Positions 11,696 through 19,661 of a stretch of DNA of 33,134 nt are shown here, piece by piece. The notes under the pieces were generated by a model. It did no database searches. It was not told where the DNA came from and saw only the letters and a list, made by a program, of their open reading frames with translations. This stretch comes from Elsinoe ampelina. Taxonomy: Eukaryota. Numbering within the stretch: position 1 is the stretch's first letter; each line of letters opens with the position of its first letter. The position numbers and the translations under genes are program-made. The stretch covers positions 1,164,483-1,197,616 of the forward strand of contig ML992508.1 in the NCBI GenBank assembly GCA_010093995.1, given 5' to 3'.

Positions 11696-12521
11696 ATGAC
11701 GTCCCGATCGGTCGACAACAACATCAAAGGCAGACTGGCTTTAATTACAGGTGCCTCCGGCGGGTATCCCTCTTACCCTCAGTATGCAAAATCATTCATT
11801 AACCCCGTCAAGCATTGGATCAGCCATAGCACGAAACCTCCACGAGGCGGGCTGCTCCCTAGCACTCACCTACTCTACCAACCCCGACTCCGTCAACAAG
11901 CTCATCCAAGAGCTCACCCCTAGCTCCACTGCCAAACAACTCATCAGCTCCCACCGCGTCTCCATGTCCTCCGACCCCGACCTTGAATCCCTCCTCCCCG
12001 CCATCCACACCCACCACTCCCGCCACCCCGACATCCTCATCGCCAACGCCGGCAGCGCAGCCTACCTCCCCTCCCTCCTCGACATCCCTATGTCCACCTT
12101 CGACGAAACCATCCGCATCAACCTCCGCGCCCCTTTCTACCTCACCCGCTTGTGCGCCGAGCACATGATCTCCCAAAAGTGGGGGCGCATCGTGTACATC
12201 TCCTCCATCGCGGCGTACGGAGGGGGAATTAACGGGGCGCACTACGCGGCTAGCAAGGGGGGCATGCAGGGGATGATGCGGAATTTGGCGACCAGACTGG
12301 CGGGGGATGGGGTCACGGTGAATGATGTTAGTCCTGCGATGATTGGGGGGACGGGGATGATTCCGGATGAGGAGAGGGTGAGGGGCACGCCGGGGGATGT
12401 CAAGGGGATTCCGGTGGGGAGGCTGGGGTCGACGGGGGAGGTGGCGGGGGTGGTGAGGATGTTGTGTGAGACGGGGTATATGACGGGGCAGAGTGTGTTG
12501 ATTAGTGGGGGTTTGAAGTAG
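11696..12521 (+). CDS. Short-chain dehydrogenase/reductase (classical SDR, FabG/3-oxoacyl-ACP reductase-like); join(11696..11763,11813..12521), about 258 aa
   Basis: Removing the 49-nt intron 11764..11812 (GTATCC...ATTAAC...AAG) restores the Rossmann motif TGASGGIG. Also ILIANAG, GRIVYISS, catalytic YAASK and C-terminal YMTGQSVLISGG. Confidence 0.93.
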
Positions 12522-13082
12522 GGGTCCAAGGGGGATGGATTGGGTATGAGATTGACGCAGTACGACCTGGGTGGCCCATGTGGGTTTCAAGCGCTTGGTA
12601 TGATTGCACACGATCACTCAATCATTGTAGACCCTATGCGTCTGGCGAACCCGAGTCATAGTATGCCAATGAGGTTCTACTGTAGTGCTACTTGGACGTC
12701 TGGGTTTGGTCATCGATTTTTGCGGTTGCCAGTTGAGTAGGAAGTGAGGACAACACGTGCTTTCTGTGGATAGCGACGTCTATGTGGCGGATGTTCTATA
12801 CATTCGTGAGATCTCATCTGCGTACTTTTGTGGAGCTGCGGTTTGAATTGAAGCTCGATATCCGCACTCTCTTGGCTCCTTCGCCGGCGCTGAGGCTGCC
12901 CAAAGACGTCGTACTGTGCCGCTGATGTGGCATTCTTCGACAACTTGCTTATTGCATGCTTTCGCCCCATACTCATTTCCTCGGTGCGGCAACGCCCATC
13001 GCTGGAGTAGCGCAACGTCATCCGTGCCCGTAATCCTCTACCACAGTCGCCTGACCAAAAGTACATCAATGCTGCCAGCCAC

Positions 13083-13533
13083 TCATTCATCCTCCTGCAA
13101 AAATGGATTCGCGATCTCTTCACTCCCGTCTACCGGGCTGATCAACACCAACATCGTCCCCCTCGCTACCAATAACCCCAATGGTCTTGTCGACGTATTC
13201 CCCTCCTCATCTGTAACCCGTCAGTCCAGATTCCACCCATTGTCCTTCGCGCGACTCACCCCTTGTCACCTCCTTCACATCATCCAACACCAGATTCATA
13301 AGCTGATCATACCCCTTCAAGGTCCCTACTACCTCTCTCCCTCCGTTGAACTTGACATTGATCTCCTCGTCCATGTACTTGCTCAGGTCCAGGATATTCT
13401 CTTTCTTCGGCTTCTCCGCTGTGCGGTCATTGTTGCCCTGACCTCCGCCTCCTCGTCCGCCGCGGTCGGAGTTGCCTCGGCCTCGACCACCGCCTCGCGC
13501 GCCTTGGCCGCGGAAGTTTGCGCGTTCTGACAT
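13083..13533 (-). CDS. LSM7: U6 snRNA-associated Sm-like protein LSm7; complement(join(13083..13210,13260..13533)), 133 aa
   Basis: MSERANFRGQGARGG...KPKKENILDLSKYMDEEINVKFNGGREVVGTLKGYDQLMNLVLDDVKE (Sm1). After the 49-nt intron 13211..13259 (GTGAGT...CTGAC...CAG) it reads DEEGNTSTRPLGLLVARGTMLVLISPVDGSEEIANPFLQEDE* (Sm2). Confidence 0.95.
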
Positions 13534-14725
13534 TTTGTGCAAAGAGGGGTTATCGCATCGTAAGGTGGGGTGGTGGGGTGGAACAGGGCGGGTGAGGTGA
13601 ATTTTGGAGCTCTGAGATGAAGCTTGGCTGATGGACGACGTTGAAGATTGTGCTAATTGGCGAATCTGATGCTCGTTTAGTGCGGGCTTAGCCGCTATCC
13701 CGGGAGTGCACACCAATCATAGGCGATGCTATCCCCGGAGTGATTCGCCAGATGTGCTTTCTGCCCTAGTCAGGGCTGATGGTTAGCATAATGTTCAAGC
13801 ACACACCTCAGCTCAAAGCGGTGTCGGACGGGGGGGCGTTCAGGATCCAGAAAGGCTCAGCGGTGCGGTGGGGAGGAGCACGCGCAGTCTGATTCGCAGA
13901 GCACGAACTCTGCCCTTGCTCGAGCTTCTTGTCGCCATCGTCACCGGGCTTCAAGCCACCGGCCTTTCTCCACCGGCCAGACTGCCCGACCGCGGACTGC
14001 CCCTTCGCAAGGCGTCGCCAGATTGGACCGCCCACGCCCACGCCCATTCGACGTCCGCGCCCTCAATTCTTCTCCCCCTGCGCTGCTGCGCGGAACTTCG
14101 GCACCGATGCTCACTCGCAACTTGTCACGCTGACACAGGCGCCCCTCCCTTGCTCGCTCCTCGCTCGCTCATCGGCAGGAAAGCATGTCCCTGCCGACTC
14201 ATCCTAGACCGTTCAATGATTGGCCCTCAGGTTGCCGTCGTCGCTAATCTCATGCTTGCCCCGTGGGTGGATGGTGGGTGCTCCACCCCTCACGCCTGTC
14301 CGCGCGGCCTTCCAGCCCGGACAATTGTTTTCTTACACCGGACAACGAACTCAGTACACAGGCTGAAGTCGAGTAAAATTAGAGGGCGTAGTCGGCACGT
14401 TTCCCGCGACTTCAGCTGCCTGTTTGTGAACGGGAGGGCGGACGATTCCATGTGATCTGTGACAGTGATCCCCGCCGGGACGAAGCTTCTGACGACACCT
14501 CGGCGGGCGGCTGGGTCGCAGCCGGCGACGCACTGTGGTGTGGCTGACTTTTGGCTGCAACCTGCTCCTCCGCCGCCCCATCTGCCCGCTGCCCTCCACT
14601 CCCAAAGCCTGCTCCATTTTCGTCGTCCCCCCCGAACCACCCGCGCGCCCGTCTCTCTCCTCGACTCTTTTCCTTTCTCTCATCCCAGATTATGCACTCG
14701 ACTGCCGACGTGTTTCTATAACATC

Positions 14726-17107
14726 ATGTCCGAAGCTCAAATTCCGGGCGGCGCTCTGAAGCGCAAACGAAGCTCTCCTTCAATATCTTCAGCCACCGCC
14801 GCGCTGCCTCCCCAAAAGACCCCGAAAATCGCGACCGCCTTGCAGATCAACTACCTCGCTCGCCAGCAGCCTCAAGACCTTCCTCTGCTCAACAAGGGTG
14901 ACACGATCCCCAACATCATCGATGTGCTTCAATCATACACTAATGTCCTCGATCGCCATGAGTCTCTGGCAAGCAATCTTGGAGCTCGCCCACTCGGTCC
15001 AATCCTGATCAAGCGATTCGAGCGATGCTTTGAATCTCCGCCTCAGATCATTGCCAGTCACTCGCACGCCAAAGATCCCGGAGAGGTCCCGCAAGTCACT
15101 TGGCTAGAGGTCATCCAGTTCGCGCAGTCACACCCTGGCCAATTCACCCTGTCCACCTTCTCCGAAGGTCGCCGCGTCTGCCAATTCTACTATCCGCAAA
15201 AGCAAGTTCGCGTTCAGGTCACTGAAGAGGACTTTCTCTTCATCAAGAGCGGGAGATGCCAGGATTTGATCCCGCCTCTTCCGATTTGGGAGGATGAGGA
15301 GAAGGAAGTGGGCACATGCGAGATCCTCGAGAAGCAGCTCAGAGAACTCACCAATGCGGCCGATACCGTCGCTGCTCGGACGAGGCAATTGAGCCATCGT
15401 CTGAAAGGACGACGAATGGCTATTATGGAGCGCCGTGCCGAGCAAAAGCAGGCTACCGCTGAGGGCGATGTTCATGATTCTGTCCACGATCATGGCTCCC
15501 CTGATGGCAATAATAATCGCGTGTCTGGTACTGGGTTCACAGCTGTCAACGGGGCAGCGCCAAGTTCATCTGCTCCTGTCAATGGAGAAAGCACTGCTCC
15601 AGTCTCCGTCCGACACGAGCTTCTCAAGCACTTCCAGTCGCTCTCACAGAACCAGACTTCCGACTCGCGACGTCAATCGCTAGTTGGAGCGTCCCCAGCT
15701 CGTCCGCCACAGCCCGCTCCTCTTCCCAGCCAGCATCACGAACCAGAACCCGAACCTACCCAGACGCCTCAGCAAATGCCACAACGTCCAGACCCCCTCA
15801 GCTACTATTTGGAGTCATCTAATCCTCCCCCACCAGTTGCCGCTGCACATCGTGGAACTCCATCTCAGGGCCCCAAGCACAATTTCTCGCGCCCTCTTGC
15901 TCCAGGCCAGGAAATGAGCCAGCCATTCCGCAATCTCTGTCAGGCACACATGGAGTCTCTCCCTCGCGGATCAAGAGTTATGCCACCGTGCGATCGCTGC
16001 AGGAGGTTGAAAATGGACTGTCTCAAAAACCTGACGTCGTGTCAAGGTTGTACCAAAAAGCATGCCAGATGCCACTGGAAAGAAGTTGGACGTGATGAGA
16101 TCGAAGGGCTTGAAGGCTTTGGCGTTGAAACTGCCATGGCTGGGCATTCGGGCGGAGAGGGAGGTAACACGAGCGGTGGTAGTATTGTCGGTGATGCCGA
16201 GAGTGACGACGGCGGAGCGCTGGAAGATCTGGAAGCATTGGGCAGGGACGACGACAGTGAGCACGAGACGAACGCGATCAGAAGCGTCGAGAGCGGATAT
16301 CATAGTCACGGTAACGCGCACGTTGAGCAGGAGCGAGGTCAGGTAATCGCAGCTGCTGCTGGCAACAGTGTCGTTGAAGCGAAAGACCGAGCTCGCGATG
16401 TTTACAGAGGAGGTCTGCCTTACTCTGCCAACGGACCAGGCACATCCTTCCGTGAAGCCCGCGACGATCACTCTCACTTCCGCACCCCAACTGGCGGTTC
16501 TTCGCCCATGTCTGGTCCAGCGAGCGCTACGACCACCTCCACAGCAGGAGCTTCGGCGGTCATGGCACCTGCCTATCCGCCAACACAGCACCACGAAAAG
16601 CCTTCGGAATCTCGTCTCCAGCCATTCCCTCCTTTCGAGCCTCCCCAGCAGCATCAGAAGCCCAAGGATCATGCCTCGCCAAGAGCCGGTGATGCAGATC
16701 CTGCTACCCTCCCAATCTCGAGTGCGTTTCGTCCCCAAGGCTTCACGAGCGTCAATAACAACCGAGCAGGAACGTCGACACCCGTTTCTGCTGCATCTCC
16801 CAGGGTCAACGCCCCCCAGGAGGCAGATCATGCCACGAATGGGTTTAGGGATTATCACACTGCTACGGTATCAGCGGACGAGAGGCAGAAGAGAGAACAA
16901 GAAGCTGCGGCCGCAAGAGACGAGGCTGCAAAGCGGAGGGAAGAAGACCGAGCAGTCTCCCCTTTCAGCGCGACATTTGCCCGCCCACCGAGTGCGGCAG
17001 GTCAGCCGAACGGATCGAATGGACCTCGTAATCCATTCGAGGGTGCAAGCAGTGGTGTGAGCGTCGGAGGTGGCGCTGCAAGCAGCAGTGGGTGGAGGGG
17101 AATGTAA
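14726..17107 (+). CDS. Protein with an internal Zn(II)2Cys6 binuclear cluster, putative transcriptional regulator, 793 aa
   Basis: First in-frame ATG at 14726 (ATCATGT context), NLS-like LKRKRS, and CDRCRRLKMDCLKNLTSCQGCTKKHARC = C-x2-C-x6-C-x6-C-x2-C-x6-C at 15989..16072. Globular-looking N-terminal region and low-complexity C-terminal tail. Confidence 0.85.
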   Translation: MSEAQIPGGALKRKRSSPSISSATAALPPQKTPKIATALQINYLARQQPQDLPLLNKGDTIPNIIDVLQSYTNVLDRHESLASNLGARPLGPILIKRFERCFESPPQIIASHSHAKDPGEVPQVTWLEVIQFAQSHPGQFTLSTFSEGRRVCQFYYPQKQVRVQVTEEDFLFIKSGRCQDLIPPLPIWEDEEKEVGTCEILEKQLRELTNAADTVAARTRQLSHRLKGRRMAIMERRAEQKQATAEGDVHDSVHDHGSPDGNNNRVSGTGFTAVNGAAPSSSAPVNGESTAPVSVRHELLKHFQSLSQNQTSDSRRQSLVGASPARPPQPAPLPSQHHEPEPEPTQTPQQMPQRPDPLSYYLESSNPPPPVAAAHRGTPSQGPKHNFSRPLAPGQEMSQPFRNLCQAHMESLPRGSRVMPPCDRCRRLKMDCLKNLTSCQGCTKKHARCHWKEVGRDEIEGLEGFGVETAMAGHSGGEGGNTSGGSIVGDAESDDGGALEDLEALGRDDDSEHETNAIRSVESGYHSHGNAHVEQERGQVIAAAAGNSVVEAKDRARDVYRGGLPYSANGPGTSFREARDDHSHFRTPTGGSSPMSGPASATTTSTAGASAVMAPAYPPTQHHEKPSESRLQPFPPFEPPQQHQKPKDHASPRAGDADPATLPISSAFRPQGFTSVNNNRAGTSTPVSAASPRVNAPQEADHATNGFRDYHTATVSADERQKREQEAAAARDEAAKRREEDRAVSPFSATFARPPSAAGQPNGSNGPRNPFEGASSGVSVGGGAASSSGWRGM

Positions 17108-18088
17108 AATACAGTACTGCCCCTTGCCAGCCAAATGCCGAATATGGAGACGGTCACGATAGCCAGCACGACCCAAAAGGATCAGCATGAATTATGAGCG
17201 ATGGCTTCATGTACTGTAAGCAAAGATTTGATGCGGCTTTGTTTTGCTATGGAGTGGAAAAGGTAGAGGGATGATGAGCAATCGCTGGGTGTAGCATGTT
17301 TAGCGTAGCGAGTCGCAATGATGAAGCAATAGGCGTCTTCACCCATGAGACCTTCGAGTGTGATCGTCTTCCCATCCACAACATTGTATCCATCTCAGTT
17401 TGCACGGCGAGAATTTTGTGGGTCGATCACGTGATAGCCAGACGTCATCCCATGCACGACTTCTGCATTCACCGCATTTCAATTGCGATCAAAGCATAAT
17501 TCCAGTGAAGGCTTTCTCTGCCGCCATCCTTCACTCCTGGCTCGTATTCCGCACGTGGTCGACGATTCGAGCATTCTGCGTTGTCGATTCAACGGCTTCA
17601 TGACTTTTTTCGTGTCCGCAACAGCACGCCCCATCCGTTCATCAAATCTAGTGCCGGGATCGACAGGGCATAGATCCATTTCACATGTCGACATGCCTTC
17701 TTCATGTGCCTTTGCGCATATCGCTGCAAGGCTGTTGTCCGTCACTGGGTCTGAAAGATGATTTCCATCAACAGCGGTCCCACCATGATCGAAATGTGCA
17801 ACACGGATTCCTCGATTCCGCTCTGTTTCAGCATATACTTTCGCCTTTAGCCCTTTCTCACGTCTCTATAACGTCCGTGACCAGAAGCAACAAAGCCTGC
17901 TCTCACTATAGAGCGCCCCACTCAACGTCCGAATCATACGATGAGCTTGATCGCGGCAGCTCCAGGCGTCATAGAGGTAAGTAGGTAAGGTAACGGACGT
18001 TCTTCTCGAAGTCTTCTTCTCTCCTTCCTCATCCTCCTACAGTATCTACCAAACCATTTGACCACTGAGGAGTACACTTCCCCTCAAC

Positions 18089-19383
18089 ATGGCTCCCTCC
18101 ACCGCCATCGGCTGCCAAATCGCCTGCATCCTCCTCGTCCTCCTCGCCTGGCTCTCCATCCTCCTCCGCCTCTACACCCGCCTCTTCGTCGTCCGCGCCC
18201 CCTCAGCCGACGACTGGTCCATCCTGCTCACCACCGTTCGTCCTCCGCCTACCCCCTCCCGCCAGCCCTCCCACTAACTTCTCCCGCAAAGATAATCTTC
18301 ACCTTCTTCTCCGCCCTCGTCTTCTCCACCGTCCACGCCTCCACCACCCTCCCCCTCAACCTCTCCCGCGCCGCCACCCTCCTCTTCGCCTCCTCAAACC
18401 TCTCCATCATCACCACCATAACCCTCAAAATCTCCCTCACCCTCTTCTTCCTCCGCCTCCTCCCCCGCCCCACCCACCGTCCCCACCGCCTCATCCTCTC
18501 CACCACCACCACCTCCTTCCTCCTCCTCAGCACCGTCTACTTCTTCCTCACCCTCTTCAACTGCGGCGACCCTCGGCACCACCTCGAGTCCCAACTCGCG
18601 GGGCAATGCCTCGACAAACACCGCGTCACCATCCCGGCAACCTACGCGTACTCCTCCCTCAACGCGCTAACAAACTGCGTCTTCATCGCCATCCCCCTCC
18701 CCGTCGTGGTGGCCAAATCACACCTCCCCCCGCGCGCCCGCGCCGTCCTCACCGCCCTGCTCATCCTGGGCGCTACAGCCAGCGTCTGCGCCCTCGTGCG
18801 CATAGCCTTCGTCCACCTCCTCGACGCAGAGCCTCCGGAGCTGTTCAAGACGGCGTATGACGTCGGCGCGCTGAGCGTCGTCGAGGTCGGGCTGGGGATC
18901 GTGGCGTCTAGTCTCGCGACCTTGGGGCCGTTGGTGAGTAGCTGGGAGATCGAGGGGTTTGAGACGAGGGGGAGGGGAGGGAGTGATGGGAGTGATGGCC
19001 GGACGCCGGTGGCGATGACCGGGCAGATGGTCGGGACGGGAGTGGGGGAGACGGAAAAGGGACTGATGCAGGAGGTGAAGGAGGCTGAGGGGAGGATTGA
19101 GGCGAGGAGGGGAGGGAGGGATGTCTATGCTTCTGAGGACTTGGAGGTGGAGGTGGAGGAAGAGGATGAGCCTGTGGGGCAGGGGAGGGAAGATGCCATG
19201 AGGAAGAAAAGTATTGCTGTTGTGAATGAGGTGATTGTTGAGAGTGAGGAGGCGACGCCGGAGGAGTTGGAGGACATGAGGGGCCCGAGGAAGACAAAGA
19301 GGTGGAGTGTGGCGCCGAGGATTAGTATGAGTTGGATGAGAAGTTCATGGGCTGTCGATAGGGGATCAAAGGTTGTGAGCTAG
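18089..19383 (+). CDS. PTH11-like integral membrane protein (fungal rhodopsin domain, no CFEM); join(18089..18235,18292..19383), about 412 aa
   Basis: LRLYTRLFVVRAPSADDWSI, KISLTLFFLRL, FNC...C loop, IAIPLPVV, LILGATASVCALVRI and SVVEVGLGIVASSLATLGPL are typical of PTH11-related 7-TM proteins. The 56-nt intron 18236..18291 (GTTCGT...ACTAAC...AAG) joins the two ORFs in frame. Confidence 0.88.
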
Positions 19384-19661
19384 GGGAGGGGTTGCTCTCG
19401 TCGATTCTACTTGGCGATGAATTCATCCTTTGATATCCTTCGCCGCTCTTCCGTGACTGGTGACGACGTGCACGCGAAGAGAAGATCCAGGTGTAGTGAC
19501 AGACAATGTATTACTAGCAATGGAAAACACTAGACTAACGATAAGCAGTGGTGCAACAAAAAGCATATCAACGACAGACAGCATGCTCCGAGAAAGCACT
19601 CCTGGCAACCACATCCATTACATTTGGCCCCCATTCGCCGTGATCGTAGCCAATCCCACAC

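Noticed and set aside
12519..12740. Open frame continuing past the SDR TAG (possible readthrough extension)
   Set aside because: The SDR ends at its normal family C-terminus, the context is not the TGA-CTA readthrough motif, and the extension has no PTS1-like end.
12916..13530. 204-aa plus-strand ORF
   Set aside because: Antisense to LSM7, which has clear Sm motifs and an intron.
14459..14725. 89-codon N-terminal extension of the Zn2Cys6 ORF from a GTG
   Set aside because: Product of the ORF caller allowing non-ATG starts. The sequence resembles a pyrimidine-rich 5' UTR and ATG 14726 has good context.
6913..19383. Possible secondary-metabolite cluster (GNAT, SDR, Zn2Cys6, membrane protein)
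   Set aside because: No PKS, NRPS, terpene or RiPP core gene, and the genes are interspersed with housekeeping loci (tRNA, LSM7).
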